Positions 46,686 through 57,894 of a stretch of 64,000 nucleotides of DNA are shown here, piece after piece. The notes beneath the pieces are model-generated. The model was not told the origin of the DNA. It saw only the letters and a program-made list of their open reading frames with translations, and did no database searches. Source of the DNA: Macrostomum lignano (taxonomy: Eukaryota); contig NIVC01002128.1 of assembly GCA_002269645.1 (NCBI GenBank), positions 1 to 64,000 of the forward strand, given 5' to 3'. A program made the position numbers and the translations under genes. Numbering within the stretch: position 1 is the stretch's first letter; the number at the start of each line of letters is the position of its first letter.

Positions 46686-48401
46686 TGTAACGATGTTGAT
46701 ATTTAATTTTTAAAAAATAATTTAGTATTATTAATTTCTTTTTAGTATTATATTAATATATTTACTATTCATTAGCGAATTTTAAAGTATTCAATATTGT
46801 ACGCTTAAAATTTGTTTTACTGTGTCCTTCATAGAAATACGAGTATTGTGTTATTTAAAAGGCAGTTAAATGGCGATTTTGCAACTCTCAACTTTCGTTT
46901 GGTCTCGTGCGTGCTTTTTGATTGGTCCGCCGCGTGGTGCCTGTTCGCTATAACTTACTACCAAAAATTTAACGGCAATAGTTTAATCTTGTCAGTGAAA
47001 TAAATAATACTATTAAATACAATCAATCAAAGTTCAAATATAAGACTATCTTGTTACGAAGACTCAATTCATTATTGATAGTGCATAGCCGTCAGCACCG
47101 AACAAAGAAGGGTCGCGTCACACTTTTATTGCAGAACAATACATTACTACAAACAATGCATTGTCTGTAGGATCGTCAAACAGAAAAACAATGCAAAGAA
47201 TCAGCGGTCGCAGCACGTGACAACAATTTGTCTATAGTTCGCGCCTACCGACGCTCGCCAGACAATCGTTGTCACGCACTGGGACCGCTGATTATTTATC
47301 CATTGTTAGTTTATTAGACACTGGAGAAAGATGTTCAACTGGAAGCATTTACCAGTAGAATCCCTCGATGGTGTTACAACAAGCGAATTGGCTCTGGTGA
47401 AGAGTTGATTCGGGAGGTGATCAGTCTCCCGAAAACTCCCACTTCCAGACACTTAAGCCTGGGAACAAATTTAACGTGTTCGCTTACTGAGGCGGGCTCT
47501 TCTTCTGTGTCGGGCGGGTTCTCCGAGCTCGTTCCTTGTTTCTTCTTTGTTGCGCGCGTTTGTAAAGTTCGCTTCTTCCAATCTTCTTCTCCGGAGGAAT
47601 CTTCTTGAAGTCTTCGAAGTCCAAAGTCGGCCGAGAGTGAGAGCAGAACAGTGAAGTCGACGTCGAAATATCTCCTTGAGTGCGGGATTCAGTACGTTCC
47701 TCGAGTGCCAAATCAATATCAACAGTGCGCCCTAATAAACTCAAGTTCTAACGCGAGGTCCTCCAAAGGGGGCGTCTTCTTCTAGATCTAACGGAATCGG
47801 AGTCGTGTGCTCCTATCGGTTAATCTTGGATAATCCAAATCAACAGTCAGTAATCCTCTAAGGGTATCGGAATCGGTCCGCAGATCCTATCCAATCCCTT
47901 AGGAAAATGGGAGGCCTCAAATAGTCTCAGGAAAGTCAACAGATCAACAACGGCCGGCCGGCAATAAAATCGCTCTCAATTAATCAAAATAACGAAGACT
48001 TGAACAACACTTCACAATTGATACGCTTCTGTCCCAGAGATATAGCCTCGATTAGTTGCTCTAACTAACCACAAAATCTTTTGAGGCTGCTCCGAGTCTG
48101 AGGTTTCGGCTCGGATTTTACGCTTATATTTATAGTCGAAATTTTGGCATATACTTAGTAGCGCGACTCATATTTCATCAGATTTCAACTTATTTCATCA
48201 TATTTCACCATAGTTGCAACATATTTCACCATAGTTGCAACTTGTCTCATGCTTCGTGGTACGTTGTATTCACAGTCTTAAAATGGAGCATGACAATTTG
48301 CAATTTTTATAACATTCAGGTTTTTTGCATTTTTGTGTTACTACTTACAGTAGTCTACTTGTATTGTTTCTGGAGATCTCTACACTGGTTACCGAACTAG
48401 C

Positions 48402-48770
48402 AAGCGGATCAGCAAGATGTGCGGCCTGAGCAAGGGATATACAAACCACTGCATCCGCGTCACTCGCATTGCTGATCTGAAAGAGTCAGGCTATTCTGTG
48501 TCTGCCATCATGAGCATTACTGGCCAACAAACGGAGTCTACTGTGCGGCGGTATCTCTCCCGGATGCGTGACAGCGCCATTCGAGACATGGCAACTACTG
48601 TGGATGCTACGTTAGAACTACGCGGTATGAATGCCTACAGCAGCGGTACCTGCGTCTCGACTAGCAGCAAAAGCATCATCAGCCACGAGACAGCAACTGT
48701 TCGTGAGGATACCAATGCTGCAGTGTTCTCCAACTGCCAGTTCGCAAATTGCACGATCAATATCAATTAG
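48402..48770 (+). pseudogene. Crypton/DUF3504-type tyrosine recombinase C-terminal fragment
   Basis: KRISKMCGLSKGYTNHCIRVT...IMSITGQQTESTVRRY...FSNCQFANCTININ: HxxR box, TG(H>Q) and catalytic Y. Confidence 0.75.
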
Positions 48771-49061
48771 TAGTAGGAATACGTAACAGGGTAATAACAT
48801 CTGTGTTCACCACGTTTTGTTGTACCAACATGAGTCGTATTTGTTTCGCTTTTTGCTTGTTGTTCTCATATTCATATTTTTTCCTGCGCAACTTGTTTGC
48901 ACGCTATCGTTGAACGCGTAATACTCGTACGAGCCAATAAACATTAGACCATAGTCTATGGTCAAAATATCTGCTCTAGCGTGTGACAATCAAAAGCGTT
49001 GCCAGTAGGCTTGATCTACTTGACAATAAAGAAAATCATCACAATATACTAAACCTCTAAG

Positions 49062-49101
<40 letters not shown>

Positions 49102-49329
49102 GACCGGTATTCCAGTCCACAGCCTGAATGCCTAAACCGATTTTTTTCAAACTTGCTTTATTCAACTGCAAATTCTTGTGAGATTGTGCATGGCTAATTT
49201 GTTTGTTGATATTTACGAAGATGGCCCTTTAAAGTTGAGAAAACCTGTTTTCGCCTATGCTTTCAGTGTATTTTTCTCGCAGTGAGGGCTCAATATGTCT
49301 ATGGCTATAGCTAGCTCGTATGTATCAGA

Positions 49330-49810
49330 TTAAACATGCCTTTTAAGGGAGTTATTTGTATAAATCACGAGGGCCTGAGCAAGGACAACTTGATAACTTC
49401 TTGATAACTTGATAAAGAGTTATCAAGTTGTCCTTGGCCTGAGGCCCGAGGGATTTATGAAAATAACTCCCGAAAAGGCATGTGTAATCTCGTATAAACC
49501 ATAGACATAAAGACTTTGCGGGATATTATTGAATATTACCAAATAAAATCCCGGAGAACGCAAATATTGTCACGGAAAGTCTTTATTTCTATGGATTATG
49601 TATCAGATTAAACATGCCTTTTGAGGGAATTATTTGTATAAATCACGAGGGCCTGAGGCCCGAGGGATTTATGAAAATAACTCCCGAAAAAAGCATGTGT
49701 AATCTCGTATAAACCATAGACATAAAGACTTTACGGGATATTATTGAATATTACCAAATAAAATCCCGGAGAACGCAAATATTGTCACGGAAAGTCTTTA
49801 TTTCTATTGA
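49330..49810. repeat. Tandem dimer of a palindrome plus CATAGACATAA-TIR unit
   Basis: Two ~215-bp units (the first +64 bp), each aaacatgcctttt...aaaa(g)gcatg followed by catagacataa...tttatttctat. Confidence 0.8.
49380..49436. mobile_element. 57-bp hairpin insertion with 7-bp TSD (P-like footprint or micro-MITE)
   Basis: GCCTGAG|CAAGGACAACTTGATAACT...AGTTATCAAGTTGTCCTTG|GCCTGAG. The empty site is visible in the sister copy at ~49651. Confidence 0.85.
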
Positions 49811-50059
49811 TTATAAATAATTAAATATTCGACAGCTTCAGTATATGAAAGGGAGATGCTCAGTTACTATGTGTGTATAGTACGTTCTGACCCTGTCTGA
49901 TTGGCAAACTGCATAGAGAATTGCTATTTATAGATTTCACTCAATAGTGCATTGGCTCTGCCCACACACTGAGCGGCCTATCACTGCTATGTATTTGACT
50001 GCAGTGCCAAAGCATATATGGCTGATGCTAAAAATGGTCTGTCTGTGTGTGCCCCGGGT

Positions 50060-51390
50060 CTTGGGTGCTTGCTACGTCTGTTGGATGCTTGCTGTCTTAG
50101 GGATACTTGCCATCTGGGGGATGCTTGCTGTCTAAGGGATATTTGCCATCTGGGAAATGCTTGCTGTCAGGGGGATGCTTGCTGTCTAGATCTGGGGGAT
50201 GCTTGCTGTCTGGGGGATTGCTTGCTGTCTGGGGGATTGCTTGCTGTCTGGGGGATTGCTTGCTGTCTGGGGGATTGCTTGCTCTCTGGGGATACTTGCT
50301 ATCTAGGGGATGCTTGCTGTCTGGGGGCTCTTTAATGTTTGACCTGGTGGCACCTTAATGTAATGATTTGACTGTCTAGATCTGGGGATGCTTGCTGTCT
50401 GGGGAATGCTTGCCGTCTAGGGGATTCTTGCTATCTGGGGGATGCTTGCTGTCTAAGGATACTTGCTATCTGGGGGATGCTTGCTGTCTGGGGAATGCCT
50501 GCTGTCTGGTGGATGCTTGCTGTCTAGATCTGGCGGGATGCTTACTGTCTGGGGAATGCTTGCTGTCTGGGGGATGCTTGCTGTCTGGGGGATGCTTGCT
50601 GTCTGGGGGATGCTTGCTGTCTGGGAATACTTGCCATCTACGGGATGCTTGCTATCTGGTGGATGCTTGCTATCTGGTGGATGCTTGCTGTCTGGGGAAT
50701 GCTTGCTGTCTGGGGTATGCCTGCTGTCTGCGGGATGCTTGCTGTCTGGGGGATGCTTGCTGTCTGGGGTATGCCTGCTGTCTGGGGGATGCTTGCTGTC
50801 TTTCTTTGCTCCCCAACGGGGGGCTTAAATTGCTATCTGAGGGATTGCTTGCTGCCTAGATCTGCGGGATTGCTTGCTGCCTAGATCTAGGAGATTGCTT
50901 GCTACCTAGATCTCTGTCTAGATCTGGGGGATTGCTTGCTACCTAGATCTCTGTCTTGATCTGGGGGATTGCTTGCTGTCTAGATCTAGGAGATTGCTTG
51001 CTACCTAGATCTCTGTCTAGATCTGGGGGATTGCTTGCTACCTAGATCTCTGTCTTGATCTGGGGGATTGCTTGCTGTCTAGATCTAGGAGATTGCTTGC
51101 TACCTAGATCTCTGTCTAGATCTGGGGGATTGCTTGCTGTCTAGATCTGACGGACTGCTTTCTGTCTAGATCTGGGTGATTGCTTGCTGCCTAGATCTGG
51201 GGGATTGCTTGCTGTCTAGATCTGGGGGATTGCTTGCTATCTAGATATGGGGATTGCTTGCTGTCTAGATCTGGGGGATTGCTTGCTATCTAGATCTGGG
51301 GAATTGCTTGTTATCTAGATTTGGGGGATTGCTTGCTGCCTAGATCTAGGAGATTGCTTGCATCTATGGGATGCTTGCTTTTTAGGGGAT
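50060..51390 (+). repeat. 18/28-bp satellite (GGGATGCTTGCTGTCTGG; CTAGATCTGGGGGATTGCTTGCTGT), preceded by a Helitron-like 5' end at ~50025
   Basis: Tandem units. gctaaaaatggtctgtctgtgtgtg matches the start of the 14445 element. Confidence 0.9.
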
Positions 51391-51397
51391 GCTTTAG

Positions 51398-51578
51398 GTG
51401 ACTCTGTACGACGGCCTGACAACGTCATCCGAAATTGCAGTCGTTAGCGTGAATGACTCAGCAGACTACGAGTCACCGAAGTTCGTTTCGTCTGCGAATA
51501 TTCTGACCGTGAATTTTTATTCAAACAGCCAATATGCCAGAAAAGGATTTCGTTTAGAGTATAACGCAACCGTATCAG
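51398..51578 (+). CDS. CUB-receptor gene 2, 3' half of a CUB exon
   Basis: VTLYDGLTTSSE...FVSSANILTVNFYSNSQYARKGFRLEY then GTTAGT; the 5' half is replaced by satellite. Confidence 0.75.
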
Positions 51579-52087
51579 GTTAGTTGTCTGTGTTATCCAG
51601 TTGTGAGTCATTGGATGATACCGTATTAGCATATACGAGCTGCATACGATCAGAAGTCATGATCTTTGCTTTAATTTTTTGTTAAGTCTGAATAAGTCTC
51701 GCAGACAGGTGCATCGCCGACGGAGGGTACATGTACAGGGGTACATCCCCCAGCTATTGGGGGCATGACAGCGCTTTGTCCTCCCGCCCAACTTTGTGAA
51801 CCAGTATGGAAACCAATAATTTTGCTTCAGAGCGCTAAAATATCTAAGATAAGTGCTGACAAGACTGATTCCCAAAAAAAGTTGGGATCTTTCGATGTGA
51901 CTTCTTGGCTTTCTCCCTCCTTACCATAAAATCGCCCCTGATCGAATATATCTGTAAATTCTTTTGAATCATTGAATCATAATATCATATAGTTGCGATT
52001 AGAAGGGTGCATTGACGATATCGGTTTTATTTTGTTAACTTTGAATAATTGGCATAAATCTCTTCTTCCTTAATCATATTTCACCAG

Positions 52088-52459
52088 CTAACAGCAGCGC
52101 GTGCGGACCAGTCACGTTTGATGACGCTTCCAGCTCTTCCGGAATGATTGTCAGCCACCCCGGTTACGATCAAAACAGTTTATACGCCGCAAGCATGTAT
52201 TGCAACTGGAGCTTGCCATCGGTGTCCGGAAAGTTCTATCAGCTCTACGTTGGCAACGTGTCTCTCGGAAATGGAGATTGCCTGTCTGTAAATCAAGGCA
52301 CAGCGTCAGTGACAGGTGGCAGTTCTAATGTGAATTTGTGCGGATGGAGAGCTGTCACTGACATGACACTTCAGGTGGATGGCAACTTCAGCATCAGGTT
52401 TAGTTCCAATGGAGCTTATGAGTCCACGGGTTTTCAAATCAAGTTTGAAATACAAAACT
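52088..52459 (+). CDS. Gene 2, CUB exon (B-like)
   Basis: caccAG...GTGAGC; 372 nt, phase 1-1; ACGPV...YAASMYCNWSLP...GDCLSV...STGFQIKF. Confidence 0.9.
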
Positions 52460-52871
52460 GTGAGCTCTATCATGAGACTCCATTATTAATTAGTTAGAAT
52501 TAGTGCCGATTTAGCCTATTGTTTGTTAGCTGCTTGCTGGATGTTTTGTGACCACAGTTTTAGCGAATTTCAGTCGCCTTGCGATCTGTGAAATTTTGAA
52601 ATGTGAGGTAAGCATAAGTATTGCCAGCCATCCATAATTCGAGATAAGTAATCGATAAATACATCATAAGCCCTCAGTAGCAACATGAGATGTAAGAGGA
52701 ACATGTAACAGTGGTTAATGTATTTGTAACGCTGTGGGATGGTCTGTATTATTCAAAAAATTAATAAAAAATGTTCATCACAACCCGACTTTATAGTAAT
52801 TTTGAAAATAAAAGATTGTTATTTCGTTTTTCGCTGGGTTCATTCAAAAAAAATATTTGTGTAAATTTCAG

Positions 52872-53219
52872 ACTGTCCAGATAACCGCAACTTTACTAAC
52901 AGCACAGGTGAATTAGTAAGCCACAGTGGCGTCGGAGTATCCTATTATTGGAACAATGCACGGTGCGTCTGGTACATTACGGCACCGCCGGATCATCAGG
53001 TTCGGTTCTGGTTTTCTTATTATAATGTAAGGCACGGTGACGTCGTCCTCGTTCGAGATATGGGAGGACCTGCAACAGTAGTCGCATACCTCCGTTTCGG
53101 CATGTCGCCTTCGCCTTCGGGGTATCAATCTCATCGACGTGCTATCAGTATAGCATTTTCTACAGATGGCGAGAACTCGGGTCTCGGCTTTCGAATTCAT
53201 TTCAATTTTACCAAGATAC
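52872..53219 (+). CDS. Gene 2, CUB exon (C-like)
   Basis: tttcAG...GTAAGT; 348 nt, phase 1-1; CPDNRNFT...YYWNNARCVWYITAPP...FSTDGENSGLGFRIHF. Confidence 0.9.
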
Positions 53220-53910
53220 GTAAGTTTAAAATTCTATTTAAAAATGTTTTGAATATTTTTAAAACCAGTCATAAACAACTGCAGCAGCAGGACGCTACGC
53301 TTGCAAGCCTAAAAAATAAACGAGACAGCAAGTTTTCAAATTCTTTTCAAACGAAAGTCAAAAAAATCTAAACTCCCTGTTTTTTAGCTGAAAATGTAGC
53401 AAGTTCTCGTTTCTTGAAGGTGGGTCGTGAGGAATATTTACCAAACATGCTTTTCCCTTAAAATACGAGTAACTGCTACTTCTGGGGACCGGCAAGCAAG
53501 CTAAATTGTTTTGATATCTCCTGTGTGTACGAGTATTTTTTTTAATTTTTTGTTTGAATTTCCTTGACCGAATTTGTCAAAATCCGCTGTACTTAAAAGG
53601 TTCATCCATAATCACTTATACTCGGGTGCACGACAATTGACTGCCACAATTTGACTGCCACAATTTGACTGCGGTCAATTTGACTGCGGACAATTTGACT
53701 GCCAGCAAAATGACTGCCGACAATATGACTGCGGTCAATTTGACTGCCGAGCAATTTGACTGCCGACAATATGACAGCGGCAATTTGACTGCCAGCAAAA
53801 TGACTGCCGGAAAAATGATGCTCCTAAAGTTGAGCACTCTGTCACCCCTTTTAAGTCTATGCATGTAGTGAAATATTGCATTTAGAATGATTCAGAACAG
53901 AATACATAAC

Positions 53911-56900
53911 TGTGAGCATTCTATGCACCTTAAATATTCTAATGTTGTTCGTAGTCCTATTTGTACGTGCTTGCGTATGGGGGTGGTTGTTTGCAACGTG
54001 CGGCTGCGCCCGTGCGTGTGCAACACCCAAACCCCACCTCAATCTTCGGCTTATAAAATATATCGATTGTCTCGATTGTATCGATTGCCAAGTCGGTTTT
54101 CTCGCAATCTCAAACCTCGCTCATTTTTACACTGGTGGCAGCGATGGACTCAACTCACACACAAGTGAAAATAATGCTGCTTTGATAGCGCCGAAACTCT
54201 CCGGCCAGTCAAACGTGCACAAATGGCTCAGTGTCTTCGAAGACTTTGTAGAGGACAAAGGCTGGGACGACCCACTATCTGCTTCGAAACTGAAGCTCCT
54301 GCTGCATGGTGAAGCCCAGATATGCGTTTGGGATCTGCCGGAGGCTGATAGAAAAGCTACAAAAAGATAAGAGGTGCTACAAAAGCAGTTCGGCGGAGCA
54401 GCCAGCCAGCCAGCGCCAGCGCCATGGAAGAGTTCCAAGATCGACGGAGAAACAACGCAGAGACCCTGCGAGAGCTTTCGTACTCCTTGAGGCTGCTGTA
54501 CATGACAGCACGGCCTGATGGATGACTCCTCGGCGCTGCCAGATCGTGAGGTGAAATTTCGAATCATTCAGCTGATGACAGCGGACATACGCGACACCCT
54601 GCTCAAGGACAGGGACCTGGACTCCTGCACGCTGGAGGAGCTGGTCGAGCGGCCCACGAGGCTGGAGCAAATCGCGAGCAAATGCAAACCAGGCAACTCG
54701 CCCGCAGTGGCGATGGTTGACGATCGACTGGCACGGCTGGAGCAACAGCTGGAGGCCCTGACGGCTGCAGTGACGAGGGGCGGCAGCGCGAGAGGACGCG
54801 GTGGCGGCAGGCCAAGAGATCGGCAGCAGCGGTCATCAGGCTGCTTTCGGTGCGGTAAGGAAAACCACATCGCCTGCCGGTGCCCTGCTGACGGATCTCA
54901 GGGCCAAGGTCGCTGCTTCAAATGCTCCGGCTGGGGCCACGGCGCGGCTGTCTGTCCGTCAAAGGCTCGGCCGTCGGGAAACTTCTGAGGGTGCCCAATC
55001 TGCACTCACCATCTTCGTGCGCGCGCTTCTGCAAGGCAAGGAGGTCAGTTTCCTGCTCGACACTGGCGCACAGACATCCTTGATCAGCCGCAGCCTCGCG
55101 CAAGTCTGCGGCCTCCAGATCGAGCCCGGTGGAAGCTGCTGCCCGACTTCGGTCGATGGTGGCCGCCTGAGTTGCATCGGGATTGCCCGAGCCACAGTTC
55201 AAGTCGGCCAGTCAGTCAAGGTTGTCCATGAGCTCAACGTGGTGGAGAACATCAGTCTGGATCTCATCCTCGGCATGGACTTCATCACCCGAGCCACCCG
55301 AGAGCTTCAGATCGACCGTATGCCTCAACGGAGAGAAAGTCCCGTTCTTCAACAGCAGCTCAAGCGTCCGAATGGTGACCGGCACCCTCGTTGCTCGAGT
55401 GGAAAACAACACAAGTGTTCCAGCACGAAGCGAAAAGCTGGTGTGGCTCCGCGTCAAGTCGGAAGACGAGCAACGCATCTTCGAGCCCGACGCCAACTTT
55501 GCCCAAGCGACGGGTTTGCTTGTCTCGAGAGTTTTGACTGTTTCAGCTGATCAGAAGATTCCAGTCCGGGTGTGCAATTTAGGCTCCGATGAGGTGCTAC
55601 TCTATGCCAACAAGGCCGTCGGCTCTTTTGAAGCTGCCGACCTGATCAACAACAGTGCTGGCACAGTGAAGCAGTCGGACTGCTGGGATGTCAACCCTGA
55701 CTTGGACATGGCTAACAGGCAGAGACTACTGGCACTACTCAAGGCGAACGGTGACCTGTTTAGCACCCACGAGTACGACCTCGGCTCCACCGCGCTGCTG
55801 AAGCATCGTATCGAGCTGCAGCCCGGCACGCAGCCCTACAAGCAGCGCCAGCGACCGATTCCGCTGCCGGTTCGTGACCAGGTCGACCAGAAAATCGGCC
55901 AGATGCTGGAGCACGACATCATTGAGCCGTCAACTCGCCCTGGGCCAGCAATCTGATCTTCGTCCGGAAAAAGAGCGGCGACATCCGCCTATGCAACGAC
56001 TGGCGTCAGTTGAACGCTGTGACCATCAAGGACGCCTACCCCCTGCCGCACCTGCAACAATCGATGGACGCTCTGGCAGGCTGCTCTTGGTTTACCACCA
56101 TCGACTGCAAGCAGGGGTTCAACCAGGTCGTGGTCGACGAGGCAGACCGCTACAAGACTGCTTTCTATTCCACACGAGGTCTTATGCAGTTCAAGAAGAT
56201 GGGCTTCAGTATGTGCAACTCTCCTGCGACCTTCCATAGGCTAATAAAGCTCGTTATGTCCGGCCTGACCTGGGAGGAGGTGCTAGTCTACGTGGACGAC
56301 TTGATCGTGTTCAGTCGGAGCTTCGAAGAGCATCTGGCCAGCCTGCGCAAAGTTTTTGACCGGCTGCGAGCTGCGGGATTGAAGCTCAACAAGAAGAAGT
56401 CGGTGTTCGCTCACAGGATCGTGAAGTACCTGGGCCACATCGTCAGCCGGGAAGGAATTCGGCCGGATCCGGACAAAGTGGAGGCCCTGGCCAAGATTCA
56501 GTCAGCATGCCGCAACACAGAAGACGGGCTTCACCTGGACAGACGAGTGCGAGACGGCCTTCCAGACGCTCAAGGAGCAACTTGGGCGAGCACCTGTGCT
56601 TCGCCTGCCGGACTTCAGCCGACCATTTGTCCTGAGCTGCGACGCCAGCGCCTTCGCAGTGGGTGCGGTTCTCTGCCAGCGTTACAGAGACGCGGAGCTT
56701 CCAGTGGCGTTTGCCGCCAGGACCCTCAACAAGGCGGAATGAAACTACTCGGCCACTGACAGGGAACTGCTCGCCTTGGTTTGGAGTCTCAAGCACTTCA
56801 GAGCCTACCTGTGCAACGTGAAAGACTTCACTGTGTTTACCGATCACCAGCCGCTCAAGGGCCTGCTGCAGACCAAGGAGCCAGAGGGTCGGCTGGCACG

Positions 56901-57473
56901 TTGGCTCGACACCATCCAGCAGTTCAATTTCGCGCTCTGCTACCGGCCAGGGCGGGAGAACGTGGTGCCTGACGTGCTCAGTCGGACGGCTGTTACTCAA
57001 CTGGCAAATCGCGATGACTTCCTGGCAGAGCAGCTCCGAGACAGCCTCCTGCAGAATGTCTTCAAGGCGATCAGTGACGGCTTCGTCCACCTGTCCAAAG
57101 GCTGTCGGCAGCGAGTCGAAGAATTCCTAGCAAATAGCGACATCCAGATCGGGCAACACGGTGAGCTGGTCCGGCAGGGCAAACCGGTGGTGCCCAGCCA
57201 CCTGCGTGCGCAGTTCCTGGCTGACGCGCACGACGCCGCCTGCAGCGGTCACCTCGGCACAGACCGAACGCTGGACAAGCTCGCCGACCGCTGCTGGTGG
57301 CCGGGCATGCACAACGACGTCAAGATGTGGGTCGCCAGCTGCGCCGCTTGTCTTCGGCGGAAGAACAGCAGTCGGCCGCAGCGAGCACCACTGCAAGCGA
57401 CTCCACTGCCGTCGAGGCCATGGGAGATGGTCCAGATCGATATCAAAGGTCCGCTGCTAAGGACGTTTTTACA
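53911..57473 (+). mobile_element. Degenerate one-LTR Ty3/Gypsy element
   Basis: 221-bp 5' LTR TGTGAG...TTTTTACA; PBS TGGTGGCAGCGATGG (tRNA-Leu-like); ends TTTTTACA; 4-bp TSD TAAC. Confidence 0.88.
54148..57465 (+). pseudogene. Frameshifted gag-pol: 2 CCHC knuckles, LLDTG protease, YVDD RT, RNase H, integrase N-terminus only
   Basis: CFRCGKENHIACRC, CFKCSGWGHGAAVC, LLDTGAQ, YVDDLIVFS, HDAACSGH...CAAC, IDIKGP spread over several frames. Confidence 0.9.
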
Positions 57474-57894
57474 TAACCTTTATAATACAACAAACTGTTG
57501 AAACCCGCAGATTTTGAACCCCGGGAATTCCAATTCCAGGAACTATTTTTGCATATATTCTAAAATCTGAGGTTAAACTCACACAAAATCTTTTATTAGT
57601 TAGGATAGAGTTAAACATAACATAGAGTGTACTCGTGTAAAATTTGGTGATCTTGAAAATTCTAAAATTTATGCATACAGTACGAGCGTAATATTGAAAT
57701 CAATCACCCCTATAAATAATTGGTGCATCGTGTAACATTATATATTATGGTAATTTATATGGGGTATCCCTTAGCTGCACCATGTCGTTACTAAATCCAA
57801 GCGTTACTAAATTCGCGGTTACTACGAGCGTAAATTTCGGCTACTAAATTCAAGGGTACCCACGTCCCACAAAATGGCTTTCGAAGTGTATAAG

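Larger units (their letters stand above)
37153..47122 (+). mobile_element. Full-length young Ty3/Gypsy LTR retrotransposon
   Basis: 437-bp LTRs TGTAAC...GTCACA: 5' at 37153-37176 plus 38276-38688, 3' at 46686-47122, with about 2 visible differences. 4-bp TSD CTTT. PBS and PPT present. Domain order PR-RT-RH-IN. Confidence 0.95.

Noticed and set aside
47400-47960. Minus-strand basic ORF fragments (e.g. ELYKRAQQRRNKERARR)
   Set aside because: No recognisable domain and interrupted by stops; possibly a TE remnant but not assignable by eye.
48947-48963. Third P-like footprint (GACCATAG-T-CTATGGTC)
   Set aside because: Only 8-bp arms and no flanking direct repeat.
49935-50060. Missing 5' half of the 51398 CUB exon, or a PTB-like CYVFDC exon
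   Set aside because: No frame gives a continuous CUB pattern; stops are present; the 3' part matches a Helitron-like 5' end.
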